DNA from: Lama glama
Lineage: Eukaryota
DNA: 64,000 nucleotides
Assembly (NCBI GenBank): GCA_028534125.1
Contig: CM052816.1
Coordinates: 76,820,001 to 76,884,000 of the forward strand
Reading direction: 5' to 3'
Below are positions 48,125 through 62,200 of this stretch, piece after piece. The position numbers were made by a program, and so were the translations under genes. Position 1 is the stretch's first letter. Each line of letters opens with the position of its first letter. The notes under the pieces were generated by a model, which saw only the letters and a list, made by a program, of their open reading frames with translations, ran no database searches and was not told where the DNA came from.

Positions 48125-49507
48125 AAAAATGACTTGGGATTCTCCGAATACACGAGGACAACTGTCAGGAGGGCACTAGGGAGCAACAGAATGAGCTGGG
48201 AGGAAGGGATGCTGCATTGCTGGATTGACAGGGGGCTGATCTGTGCTCTGCACCTGCCTCTAAAGCACTTTATACTCTGGATCGCACATATAAAATGAGT
48301 TCTTCAGTTTTCTGGAAAGCCATCAGCAGTCTGGGACACACTATTCCTCCTCAAGTGGAACTGTCTTGTCTAGTTCTGGAATTTTAGCCTCCTTGACGTC
48401 TAGCCACTGAAAAACCAGTAGCACTCACGAGCCATTGGAACAGCCAAAGCCAGCCCCTCCTCCCCCAACTCCATCTCCGATTCCAAATGCTTCCTTGGAA
48501 GCTGGTACTACCCACCCCCATTTGGACACTGAGCAGAAGCATCCTGAGGTTCCTTTCTGCCCAGCCCCCTATAAGGAGTGGCCAACAAGATCACTGGGCA
48601 GTCTGAGCCTGAAGTTTAAAAACTCTTAGAAACATCCTACACAGAAGGAAACCTGTATGTAAAAGGCATACTAATGATTGAGCTCATCATTAAATTCTAG
48701 AGTGGCAATCCCACAGACTTGCTCAGTAACTTTTGTCATTCTTCTCTTTGCATCTCCAAAAACAGCAGGGGTTTTGCCCAATGAGGTCAGAAGAAGCCTC
48801 CCAAGAAGTTCCAACCATCAGATACACACACTCCGGCCCATGTGAGCCGTTCGCATCTCAGAACCACTTCACCTCAGTCCAGCCCAGCTCACTGTGTTTA
48901 TCAGGGGGCATCAATGAACTGGGGTCTTTTCCAAACCCAGTCTAATCCCACTGCTGTTGACATACTCCCTTCTCCCACAAGCTGGGTCCCTTCTTTGATG
49001 TTTTCTTAGATTCTCCATAAAGAAGGCTCAGCAGCCAGCATAGAGTCTGCCTGGGTTAATCTCCACTCTGCTCTGTCTTGCCACCCCACACCTCCTCTCC
49101 CTGCCCCTAGCTCACAGATCTGCCTATCAACAATCCCCCTCCTTCCCAGAACTTAGTTATCAGTCTTGCTCACATCCGGAATCATCTCAGCACGCACATG
49201 CACACCTCCACACACGTGTATGAGCAAGCAAACATACACCTGTGACTCTGGGAAAATATTAAGGTCCTCCCTTTCACAGAAACAACTGGGAGAACTGCAT
49301 CAGGTGGAGGGGAAGAGTTCTCCAGCTCGTGCTTGTCTTTAGTCTGTTTTACCTGTTGATTCTCTGTTCTGCCTGGTCTCTCCTTAGCTGCTGCTTTCAC
49401 CTTGGACAGTAACATGTACATTTTCAGTTATTTCGCCACTGAGATACTGAAAAAACTTTCAAAAGGAAGATGTTCCGCTTTTATCTGTTTAGGATTTTAA
49501 AACAAAC

Positions 49508-49539
<32 letters not shown>

Positions 49540-51809
49540 AATCTGGTTTCTTGGGATGGTAGAAAGAACATAAGGCTTGAATGAGGAAAAGAGGATTCAA
49601 GATCTCATGATTTTAAGCTTTGTGTTCCTTCATGAATCCCTAAACTTATCTGTACCTCAGATTTCTTGTCTTTGACCAGAATGGAGATTCTGTGCTATGT
49701 GATCCCTGAGGCTAAGTGATTCTCTCATTTTGTGTTGCAAAGTCCTATGAAGCAGCAGGAAGATGGCTTCAGAAAGAATCAACAGATTTTTTTATGTCAA
49801 ATTATGCAAAAGACACAGAAACAGTAAACTCAAAAGAACTTCTAGTCCTACAATTCTATGATTGTCTTTAGGAACAGAGATTCTAATCCCTGGGCCATTT
49901 GCTCCATAAGAGGTACAGGGTAGGCTGTCAAAAGGTGTGCTGCTGCCCTCTTGGTAAATCCACATTGCCTGGTCCTGTTCCCTTTCTGGAGAGAAAACTG
50001 GTGGTCAGTATTCTATAAATGGTACATTAAAGATTGCTCCTGATCACTCCGTCTTCTTTTCTCCAGTCTTTTCAGTCCGCCATCCCCTAAAGTCATCTCC
50101 TGATCTTCTCCATTGCTGTATCACCCTCCACCCCTACATGCCACCTCCACATCCACCCAGTTATAAAAGGGGTAGTGTGGTGTCATCTTAATGAGGCTTC
50201 TCTCATTTTGTAGTCACCAGATTCTCTTATCTCAGCTATGGTTGAATCAAGTAAAGTTGGGTTCTTATAGAAAGAAATAACCAGAAGGAACTCTCAGAAA
50301 ATGCAGTACAAACAAAAAACACCAGCTAGTAGCCAATATGATATAACGGAGGGTCAAAAATAATTTGTGTTAAGCCTGAAGAGAGAGAGGATGTGATAAT
50401 AATACACTTCAGGCAAAGAGTTGCACACCTGAGTAGTACAAGGACTACTTAAAGTTTAAAACAGTTGTGCAGTATAATCTATTAATATTTCATCTATGAT
50501 AAAATAAGGATACTCTAAAAGTTTTTCTATGGTTACTGTACATACTTGATTTTTTTTCCTCATCATGCACTAAGTTTTTGGTCACTAAGTAATTAATTTG
50601 TACTTATCTTGTTAATACCATTCTAATTAGATCTCTCTAACTAATCGGGGTTTCTTTAAATATAATTCTTGTCTTCTGAAGTAGCAGTAAGCCCTTCAAC
50701 AAGGTGTTATCAACAATCTAAGTTAAGTGTGCCCCTTTGATGCAGTCCTGCAAAAGATTGCGCTGGAAGTTTGGTCAAAATGAGCACTCTGACACAATTT
50801 GTAGATATCGAAGTTTACCAAGATGAGTAACACAGTTTTAGCAAAACATATCAGAAGAAATCAGGTTGAGGGAGTTTAGGTGTGCATAGCTCCTTGTGTC
50901 TCCCCACTTCCTCAAGATAACTTTGAGTTGGTGTCCATTAGATGTTGTCCATTTGTGATGAATTTCTGGCACATCTGGAAAACCCCAAATGGTGTCTTAC
51001 CAAGCCTCTTATCCTTGCCCCTCTAGTTAGTTCATCATGCTAAAACTCCAGTATCACTACCTTTTATGTTTGCAAAATCTGCATTTAGCAAGTCGTACTA
51101 TCTGGATCTAATATCATTATTTCACGTACGATTTCCCCCCAGGCCACCAGCACCATCCTGCTTCACTGTCCACAAATTATATAATAATGATTAACTGTTA
51201 GCTAAAAATAGGCACACTGCAACCAATGATCAGTCAATGCACCAGAGCAGCAATTACATACAACTTCAAGGGGATTTGACTCCCAGTCTGAGTAACTCCA
51301 AAGTACATGGATTGGACTGAACCGCTGCACTGGCTGGCTATCTTGGACTCTTGTCTCCTTCCTGGCTGAACTTTCTGGATGAATTTTGACCAGTCCATTT
51401 CTTATCTAGCCAGAATCCTTAGTCTTGGTCCTAAACTGACAGACTGGCCCTGCTCTCTTATTGCCAAAGATTTCCTTTCTTTCAATCAAGTCAGTAATTT
51501 AAAATTTAACTATATTTACTCCCAGTGAATTTTTCTACTGGATGACATCTTATTCCAATTCCAAGTCTAATATTAAATGTTATTCTTTTGGCTAATTATA
51601 TGACTTATGCCTGTATTTGACTGTCATTCTTTCTGTTCAGTGCTCTGTAACATTCAGTTTCACTACTGAGTACTAAAAATGATGATAATCCTTAGTGTGG
51701 ATATTAACCCTTAGTGTGAATATTCCTTATTACATTTAATCTTTGCTGTTGTTCTAAGAGTGGCAAGATCCAAAAGAGTTTGAAATTTCATATTCTTCTG
51801 GCAGAGGAC

Positions 51810-52620
51810 CATTTATTTATTCATATATCCATTTAACAAATATTTAACGAGTGACTACTATGTGTTTATGCCCCAGAATATAGCAATAAGAATGATATAT
51901 ATGGTTTTTGCTTTTATATAGCTTACATCTTAGTTGAAGGAGGATATATTACACAAGTAAATAAACAAATTTTGTGAATACAATTTGTGGATAAAATAAA
52001 AACCAGTGATGTAGTCGAGTGATTGAGGAGGTGGCAGACAAGATGAAGGTATTTTAGTTGAGATCATCTGGGAAGACCTCTCTGAGAAGATAAATTTAAG
52101 CAGAGTCATGAATGATGAGAGGGTCCAACTGTACAATGATACGGGAGAAAAATGTCTGGGCAGAAAGCAGTTACAGCAGATTTCTTAGGCAAGAACCAGA
52201 TTGATGTGGGTAAAGAAAAAGAAAGACCACAGAAAGAAAAAGAAAGAAAAAGAATAGCAACAACAAGGTTAGCTGGTGTACCGTAAGTGAGAGAGGACTG
52301 GTTCAAGATGAGGTTGTAGTATTAGGCACTGACCAAATCCTATAGGTCCTGGAAGGTCCTAGCTTAGAACTTGCAGTAGGAAGCCACTGAAATTAGAACC
52401 ATTGTGAAGAAGAGTATTTGGGGGCTTCTCTTTGACTGCTGTGTGGAGCAAAAACATAGGTAAATAAGAATGAAGCTGAAAGACTGTTTAGGAGACTTTT
52501 GGGTGAGAATTGATATGATATAGACCAGGTGCTAGGGAGAACAGCAGATGAATTAAGAATATGTTTCAGAGGTAGCACTGATAAGAACTGCTCGTGTACT
52601 GGATGTAGAGTAGGAAAAGG
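51810..52620 (-). mobile_element. L2 fragment
   Basis: atttatttattca..aacaaatattta..gactactatgtg L2 3' end; gggaagacctctctgagaag; gaagccactga. Confidence 0.75.
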
Positions 52621-53679
52621 CAAAACAGGAATTAATATGCACGGTTGTTAAATATTTATTTATTATACATTAATTTCACCAATTTACTATTATATTTGGA
52701 CTTCGTACAAGATAAGATGCACAATGTGAATGACTATATGATCTTAATTTAATTTGTATAATACAGTGAGGAAACTTATGAACCAGATTTAGGGACAGTA
52801 AAACCAGTATTGTTTAACCAGTTAAAATCATTAAGCAGAGTACACCGATGAGATAAATGAGATGAAGAAATCTTTACTTGCAATTGGTAAACCTGACTGA
52901 GCGAACATTCTCAGAAATCCTTACATTTTTAAATTATATTATCATTTTAGTAAGTTTTTAAAAAAATTAATGGAAGCATACATTTACATTATCATGTAAG
53001 GTACTGGTATACCTTTATCTGCCTCAGACTAAGAAAAAGAATGAGTGAGGGCCAAATAATGTCACAATGAGTATAAAAACTGTTTCAGAGTAACTGAAAA
53101 AAGAACATAGTGGGAAAATTGAATTATAACATAGGGCATCATACTACAGCAATACTAAAGTCTAAAGAAATATCCCTCATTAGAGCACTTTAATTAAAAA
53201 TAGACAATGAATATGGGTTAAAAATTAAAAATAGATTTACTCATAGGTTGAGGCGAGGGCAATATGTTATCTTAGTTCAAATGAGCAAAGGACATAAAGA
53301 GGTAATTAACATTAGGAAATACAGATATGAGAAAATGTTTATCCTCCCAAATAAAGAAAAGAATTTTTTAATGGATTTACACAGTAGCTAAACACATGCT
53401 ACCAATTGCAAAAGTTTAACACCATAAGAAAATTATACAAATATATCTAGTTAGATTGAATTTTCCTTCACTAAGAAATCTAAAGTAAGAGAAGAGCATG
53501 AAGGTACATGGATTGGGTTGTCTCCTGTGGGCGAGGCACATATGACGGGCACTTTTGTTAATTAACCTAATTATCGTAACATTGCAAAGTCGAATTTTTA
53601 TTATTTTACAGATTAAACTGAGGCTCAGAAAGGTTAAGTGATGGTGTTGACAAAATTGAAAAAAAAAAAAGATTAAAAA

Positions 53680-54170
53680 TGTTCAGAGGTAACGAGGCTC
53701 TGAGGAGACCCGCCTTCAGAGAGTCTACATTGATACAGCTCTGCTGGAGGACACCTGGACACAACCAGTGTGACTGAAATGTGCACAGCCTTCATCTGAG
53801 CAATCCTATTTGTACAGACCTCTTCTAGAAAACTACTGTCATGCACATACAGAAATGCTTGTAAGTGGATGTTCATTGCTGCATTCTTAGTAGTCAAGGG
53901 AGAAAAGACTAAATAAACCATGTAACATCCTGATCACAAAACACTCTGCCACAGTTACAAAGAGTGAGCTAGGTCCGTATCTGCAATACAACACACAGCA
54001 TGCAGCAACATTGAGATTTTTCACCAGATATTTCTACGCATACATACATAGGTGAGGAAGTGCATAGAAAAGTTCTTCACGGGGAGTGAGATGTCATGTG
54101 AAATTTTACTTTTTCTATTGTAAAGCTTTTTCCAGAAATTTAATACACTATTCATGTAAGTTAAAATCCT
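53680..54170 (+). mobile_element. Old L1ME-like fragment
   Basis: gatgttcattgctgcatt..; gagtgagctaggtc.. Confidence 0.5.
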
Positions 54171-56079
54171 TTTTTTTTTTTTTTTAAGAAAAGAAGTAAG
54201 AGGGAAAGACCTGCCTGAGCTCATATCCCAAGCTCTAGTAAGAGCTTCCCTTTGGCTTTTATGTTTTCTCTTTTGAGTCTTCTCTTCTTCTGTATCTTTT
54301 TCTTCCCTAGGTCTTGACTAATTGTCTAATGCTTTTGTGCTGTCTCGACTCAGGGACCCTTCTCTCTTCTCCCTAGGTGATCTTCCAAAAATAGCAACAA
54401 CAAGACTCATCATTGTCATAAAAATGGCAAACATTAATTGAACTGAACCTTCTATTTGCACCCTTCAGTCTCCCCAGTTGTGTTTCTTACAGTTGCCCTG
54501 GGTTGGCTCCCTTTGCCTCTCCAGCACTTCTTCCTCTGAAGTCCCGCCGGGACGCCTGCTCTGTCCAAGTGCTGCAGGGAAGCTCTATTTGTTTTATTTA
54601 CTTAGTTGCCAATATTCAAAAATTGGGAGATTTCATAGAAAAGTGTAGACTTGTTTTTCACATATTTACAATAGGCTGGAGCCCTGTAAGCGCCACCCCA
54701 TCGAGACAAGGCATCAGTCCCCTGCTCACCACAGTCAGTTCCCAGCACAGCGCACAAATGCATCTTCGGCCAGGCTTCCATTGACTGTTGAGTTCGGAGC
54801 GTTTGCTTCAGTTGTCCCTGTATTTGTTCATAGTCTGTGGCTGTAATATTGTCTCTGCAGCATTAATGTTTCCTCCTTATCTGCATAGATGTTGTTTTTC
54901 TGGTTTGTATTAATTTTTTTAAGTATTTATTTTCCCAAAACATTCACTATTCCTTCAACGTATAAATCAGTTCATATGAGGATTTTCTAAACCTTGAGTT
55001 CTAGGGCGTTCTTTATGCCTATATAAGTTTTAGTATACTTTTAAAACAATGCGTTTAGCATTTGTAGAGAAGAAATTCCCTTATTGTCTTCTGGCCAAAT
55101 ATGCTCTATCTCAGAACAAGAAAGAGGCACTCCGTAAGTTATCAGCACCTGACAAAAACTTTTCTTATATACTGGCTTTTTTCCTTTTAATATAAAACTT
55201 ATTCCTTTTTAAAAAAAGGAAGATTCAAAAGTCAGCAGTCTTCACTGAAATTATTGCCTAATTTAAATGTCATGCTATTTTATGAATTGAAATAAATAAA
55301 ACATTTTTTAAAACTATTTGCATTTCATAATTACTTATAATTATATAATTGTATAAACAAATAAATAGCCAAAGAAGTTATTGGAGAAGTGAAATTTTTA
55401 AGAATTAAAAAAAATTCAGAGACATTGAATGTTAAAGTTAGGTCTGACACAGGGAAGTTTGAGTGAGCGAAGCCTTTCTTTACTAACTTTCCTCTAACTG
55501 ATCATCGTATTTGTTTTGATCTCAGCTTCTTCACCTTCGTTTTAATTTCTGCTTTGATTATCTATGCAAACCCTATTGTTTCAGTATTACTTTCTTTCCA
55601 TACGGATGGACTATGCTAAGCTGGTCAACATTTTCTTAGCAGCTTGCTTTCAAAGCGAAGAGTTTTTTTGTTTTGTTTTGTTTTGTTTTTACTAATATAG
55701 TTACAGTACTTTGTTTTCAACTAAATTGGTTTTCAAAATTTCCCATCCACTATGAGTTTACAAATTCTTTGAAGATAAGAAGAGATGGCTTTGAATTAGG
55801 CAAGGAAAAATTCTGTAAAACTAGATTTTCTAAGCCTGTAACCCAGAGGTTTCAAATCCTTACCTTTGAAGTCTGCTGAGGATCTTCTGAAAATGTTTAA
55901 GATACTTTGACATAAATGACAATATCTACTTATGTGGCTATATTGTAAATGATGTTCTATATTAGGTCAAATGCCAGTCATAAAAGAGAGAAATTCTTTT
56001 TTTTTTTAGCAACATAACTAAATAGAATATGCTGTACCACTGACATTTCTTTATAAAGGAGACAAAGACACATACACAC

Positions 56080-57330
56080 AAATGAAATGTCTTATAAACA
56101 TATGAAAAGATCCTTCGTCTCGCTTATAAACGTAGAAATGCAAGTTAAAATGTCATATCATTTTTTTATTCATCAGAATTGTTAAGATCAAAACAGTGTG
56201 ATAATACACAGTGATAGTGAAGTTATGGTAAAGCAGGTATTGAATTGATAAAATCTCACCAAATGGCATTATTTACCAAAATATTTTAATGTTCAGCTTT
56301 TTTGGACTCACCAATTCTACTTTTTAAGAATTTATCCTACAGATATATTTACATTTGTGATCAAAGACATGGTTACAAGAATAATTTCATAATTCTAATT
56401 GTCTAATAATCTAAAATATCAAAACATAATGAAAAAACTAGAGTTCCTCGAAAGATTAAACATGGGGTTACCAAGAAATTCTACTCTGGGCATATATCCA
56501 AGAGAAATGAAAACATATACACACAAAGACGTATGTGAATGCTCATGTCAGCATTATTTATAACAGCTAAAAAATGAAAACAACTCAAATGTCCATCAGC
56601 TGATGAACGGATAAATAGATATCCATACAGTGGAATATAATTCAGCCGTAAAAAAAACGAAGTACTGATACCTGCTACAACATGATTGAACTGCAGAAAC
56701 AATTAAGTTAAAACAACAGTCACAAGAGACCACATACTGTATGATTCTATTAATACGAAACGTCCAGAACAGACAAGTCTATACAGACCAGAAGTAGATC
56801 AGTGGTTGCCTAAGGCAGGAGATAAGGAGGTGAGTAGGTACAGGGTTTATTTTTGTGGTGATTCATATGTTCTAAAATTAGATTATGGTGATGATTGCAC
56901 AACTGTAAATATACCAGTGCCATTGAATTGTGTGCTTTAAACCAGTATATGTCTGTAAATTTGTGTCTTGACAAAGTCACCTTTTTTAAATAACCTAAAG
57001 TTCCATCAGCAATGAGATGGATCAAATAAATTATGGTAAACCCATGCAATGGAGAACTCCACAGCTATGAAAAAAAAAAACCTCATTGCCCTATTTGTGC
57101 CAATATAGAACAAGCTCTTTTTAAAATTGCTAGGAAACACTACAGCACACTATATAAATGGCAAGAGAGAGGGAGTGAGATATTTCAAAAACTAAAAATA
57201 AAACGTCAGGAAAGTGAAGTACAGAATAACGTATGTATCATGGTTCCATTTGTGTTAAAAAAAAATGCATGGACTGTTTCTTGAAAGACTGCTAACAGTT
57301 GTCTTTGGGGATGGGACTAGGGAGATGGGA
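56080..57330 (+). mobile_element. Nested old L1s (L1MB-like 3' piece ~56430-56965 inside an L1ME-like element)
   Basis: atatccaagagaaatgaaaacata..caaatgtccatcagctgatgaacggataaa..gaagtactgata..gtagatcagtggttgccta; the flanking L1ME-like sequence resumes near 56990. Confidence 0.7.
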
Positions 57331-58024
57331 TCCAGATGTGAGATTTTCTTTTCAGTGTTCCCTCTTATCATTTAAAATATGTTTTACTGTATTTATTTAT
57401 TTTGCAATAAACTATTTTCAATCAGCTTTTTTCCCTAAAGGGAAAAGAGTAAGGGAAAAAGAAAATCCAAATCAGTAAGGCAGGAGATGCCCTGCTACCT
57501 GTGGTAGATGCCAAGTGTTGTGGGCAAACACAGATGCTGACCGTGCAGACCTGCCCTCAGCAGCTTACTGTTCACCTAGGAAGAAAATAAATAAAGAAAT
57601 GGCAGAGTAATTTGTGGGAATTTTGAAGAACAGAAAATTAGTGTAAGAAACCGCATGTGATTCCCCTGTGTACAAATGAAAGAGTGCTCTCTGAGCAGCA
57701 TTGGTTGATGGGTTTCAAGCCTGAGGACACGGAGGATAGGGACAGGACACTTCAAAGGGCAGATGGCTTTTCAGAAGCTGGCTTTCTGCAGAATGGTCAC
57801 ATGTCCGGCAATTAGCATGTTGTTTCAGGCACAAGGGGCAGTTTAGAAAACTTTATTAAGAAACCATAGTAGAGGGTGATTATGCCAGACTCTCTGCACA
57901 GAAAGAAATAAACATGCCTTCAGAGGCTTAATAAGAGCCTGTCCCATGCAGAACATCACGGTTCTAGGTTCTAGGATCGTCGATAAGTAGGGCACCTACG
58001 GTATACTAGGTACACATATTATTT

Positions 58025-58385
58025 CTTTTCTTTTTAACTGAAGTACTATCAGTTACAATGTGTCAGTTTCTGGCATACAGCACAATGTCCCAGTCATGCA
58101 TATACATGCATATATTCATTTACATATTCTTTTTCATTAAAGGTTATTACAAGATATTGAACATAGTTCCCTGTGCTATACAGCAGAAACTTTTTAAAAT
58201 CTAGTTTTGTACATAGTGGCTAACATTTGTAAATCTCAAACTGCCAAGTTTATCCCTTCCCACCCGTTTTCCCCAGTAACCATAAGATTGTTAACTAAAT
58301 CTGCGAGTCTGTTTCTATTTTGTAGATGAATTCATAAGTGTACTTTTTTTTCTTTTCTTTTTTTTAGATTCCACATATGAGTGAT
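58025..58385 (-). mobile_element. Lineage L1 3' UTR inserted into a MIR
   Basis: actgaagtac..ttacaatgtgtcagtttctgg..caagatattgaacatagttccctgtgctatacag..ttagattccacatatgagtga; MIR-like sequence continues at 58390-58560. Confidence 0.85.
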
Positions 58386-61300
58386 ATTCTCATAGTCATC
58401 CTGCAAGTTAGGAAGCAATAGTCCCCTTTTAACAGGCAGGGAATATAAAACCTAGAGAAGCAAAATAAACTACCCAGCGTCCTACAGCTAGTACTGGTGG
58501 AGATTGGTGGTCAAGCCCACGTCTGAATGATTCCAGCACAAGTATTCTTTCCACCAAACCATACACTTCCCATGTTGAAAAATTGCTTCTGGTGTTATTT
58601 GGGAATCAAGAAAGTGAAAGTAATGTTTGTTTGGTACCTAATGGGGTGAATTTAACGATTTAAAATTAAACTTCCTGATTCTTAGTCCATTCTAAGATAT
58701 CCTATCAGAAACAGGATGAGACATAACTAATTTGGGGAAAAAGTTTTAGTTTTTACATTTGGGGTGGGTAGACTGCCATGTATCAATGATGCAGCCAGAT
58801 CAAGTAATAGCTAAGAACAAGAACATTTATTAAGAGCTACAGTGTGTCAGGTGCTTCTGTAAGGTGTGTATGACCGTTTCACAGATGAGAAAATGAAGAC
58901 TTGGAGAAGTCATACAACTTACCCAAAGCCCCTACTTGAGTAATAAATAATTGAAGATTAACATGAGTGGGCAAGTCTGAACTCAAACCCAAGCCTGACT
59001 ATCCTAGAACTTTTCATTCTTTACTCTGACTTGAAGCCACCCAAGCACAATAAAGATATAGAAGTGGCAAATACAGACCTGTGTTCCAAGAAGTGTGGCT
59101 GTGAAGGGGACGGGGAAAAGCAGTTGGTAACTGGAGTGGGGGACAAGGGTAAGAAAGGATATTGTTGAATTTCTTTAGAGGAAATCAAACCACATTTACA
59201 ATGGGAAGTGCATCTTAAAGGATGAAATAGATGGTCCAGAGCACATAGTAAACACTTAGTGAATGTTTCTTACTGGGTGCAAGTGAAGGAGTTAGTAATT
59301 AACAAAGCAATTACTAACTAATTATTTCTAATTAGTTAGTAATTGAATAATAAGAAACAAGAATGGCAGTTAGTATTGGTAAGAAGGATGTTTTTCCAGA
59401 GCATCATGGGCAAAGGAAATGAAGGAAGCAAGATGTAAGGAGGCTGTAAGTAGAACAGAGGGTAAGTGGGTGGTCAGGTGGAGTAGTCTGCATGTTCTTA
59501 GTAAGGTAAAAGGTTGGTTTATCTGTGGTGAATGAGGAAGGCATGAGTAGGGTCCGGGAATGTGGGCAGCTTTGAAACAATCATTATGGTAAATGTGATA
59601 GGACCTCAGTGAGACTCTGTCCTGAGAAAGCCCCTGTTTAGTTAAGTATAAATGACTGTGCGTGGGCAGGCAACTGCAAGGGTTCCTTCAAGTGTGCACT
59701 TAGATCATTTACACTTACTTAGGGCACAGCTCACTAGTCCCGACTCTGGAAATGCCATACAGTTGCTAGAGCTTTTCTTCCTGTTCAAATGGGCAATAGC
59801 TATATAACTACCAAGGCCAGAGAAAAGACAAGTCTGCGTTCTGAGTTACCGTCTCAATGGCTAAATCCTGGGGCAGGCACGTAATAATTCTCAAATAAAT
59901 AAATGATGACGTTATATAAATGATTTCAAAATATTGCAAGTCAGGATAACTTAGTCATGATTTTATTTGTGGCAGCCCCTCATCCTTGTGTGATCATTTT
60001 GTTGTGTTTATTCGATGCCTCAGGCTTTTCAAGTGCTTTCATACATATCAGCTCATCTAATCCTTAAACCCATGTGGAGTAGTTGACATTTGACAGATGG
60101 AAAAACCAAATCATGTGGAAGTTAAATGACTTGCCAAAGACAAAGAGCTCTTTGGTGATAGAGCTGTTGGTAAAACCAAAGTTTTCTAATGTCTGGCCCA
60201 ATTATAAGACTTCCCAACAAAAGCAGAATTAGAAATGCCTAGTCTAGAGTCAAAGTTTTATGGCAGTTGGGGGCAAAGTGAATGTCTTTGGTTTCATAGA
60301 GGAATCCATAAATTAAAAAGGCAACGAGAACCACAACTCTAGATTTTCCTTGGCCCCCTTGGGACATGAAAGTTATAAGAACCTTCTTAGTCAAAAGTCA
60401 TATAGGTCAGAAACTGTGGGTAGAATTCCTGAGTCCTCATAGATCTTTGTGTTACAAGAGTGTTGTGATAATATCTAGAGCCAGTATTTAGTTGGCAAAA
60501 AAAAAAACTGAAGTGCAAAGTTTGTGACATAATACAATTTCCATTTTCTAGAACATGAGTACACCACCACACCACCGTGTTTCTTTGTTAATCATCCCCT
60601 CCCCTTTTCCCCATCCCTTCTTTCCTTCCTCCTCAGTTTCATTTTTCCATTGATAGTTTTAGATCCTGACGTAATGTCACCACTGCGGGTAGCCTGTGTT
60701 TCAGTGAACCTGAAGTCATCCTTAGGGCAGGGCCAGACAACCCCTGGGCACCCCTGACTCACAAATTACTCACAGAGGTCCCTCCTGGTTGTTTCCTTCT
60801 GGAAAAATGGCCCTGGTGTTCCGTCCTTCCAGGCATGCCTGAGCAGAAGCACATGACTTGTGCAAGGCCTCCTCTGAGCTTCCAAAAGTAAAGAGAGAAA
60901 AAAGTCTGAATCAGAGGTTGTTAACGTCCCAGATTCCTGAGAGCAGTTTCCGTGTTCTAGAAGGTTTTGCAGTTTCTCTGTCCTTCATTCCCAACTCTCC
61001 CCAGTTTTTCTCTAGCCAGCACATTCCATAACCAGAGTACAGTCATTGCTTTCTTGTTTTTGCCCTCGTCACAGTTAAAAATCATGGTTAAGAATTTTCT
61101 TATCAAAATTATTCCATCTCTTGTAGACATTCAAGTGTTACAGCTAGGTCTAAGTCAAGCTCCCTTTTGGCTTTTTGGAAAAATGCCCAGTATCTCCTTC
61201 TTGAAACCTTGAGCTCCTATTAAAAGGCCCAGGAACACAGTTCCTGAACCTGACTTGGGAAGAGAATGGGAAGCGAATTCACCTGGTTAGCTCATGGTCA

Positions 61301-61959
61301 CCGGCATGTCCTGTACTGTCCAGGAGACTAGCTCTGCCTGCTGCTATGAGGCCCCTATTCCTGCACAATCCTGTCATTCTTCGTAGAAGAAATTCCAGAT
61401 GGTCTTTTCAATTCCAGTATTTTAAAGCCAGAGACTACCAAGGCAATGCCCTCTGAGATTTGGGAGACAAGACCCATAATATATGTAGATTAGAATTTTG
61501 GGTGTTAAGTCTCAAATTTCACATTACTAATTTTAATGCCACCTAAATTCTAAACTTGTTATTTCCCTTTATTTTATTTATTTCATATCTTTTATGTCCT
61601 TTCATGATTCGATTTCATAATCCTCAATTCCAATTCACAAGACTTTTTTTTCCTGCCTACATCAGTCATTAATCTTTGGAGGCCCATTTTCCACCAGCTC
61701 CTGAATGTCTGTCTACTCTCCTGCTGTCTGGTTTCAAAATCAAATTCTGAAGCATATATCCAAAGCATCGATATATCTGAATCCTTTACAGATTACTGAA
61801 CAGTCTCCAGAACAAGTCGTGTCCTAATGAAACTGAAAATAGTTGTTCAAAATTGCACTGAGAGGAAAGATACCAGTTTAAAAACCTGAACTTATGCAAA
61901 TGTGTTAATATGTCCATTTGACCAATAATTTCAATTTCACGACCTTCAAAACATGAGCA

Positions 61960-62200
61960 GAACATAGCAGAAAGGGTGCAAACCTCTTAAGAAATCGTCT
62001 AAGGTTCAAATTCTGGCTAAGTTTGAATTCTACTTCTATTGCTTACTCACTCTCTGACCTTGGGTAGTTTTTTTAACTATCAAATGGAAACTAGATAATA
62101 ACATATACCCCAAAGGGGTGTTTTGAAAAATTAAATAAAATTACATATGCAAACTGCCTAAAATGGTGCCTGGCAAAAAGTCAGTGATTTATTAATGTTA
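61960..62200 (+). mobile_element. MIR
   Basis: gtttgaattctacttct..cttact..ctgaccttggg..aaaatggtgcctggca. Confidence 0.7.

Noticed and set aside
48435..48629. Proline-rich ORF (QPKPAPPPPTPSP) as the next FYB1 exon
   Set aside because: It does not match the expected TSKGQ..PPPPPSHPASQPP and has no convincing acceptor.
51687..51724. 19-bp imperfect tandem duplication (also a 15-bp direct repeat at 8176/8247)
   Set aside because: Ordinary slippage products with two copies only; not arrays.
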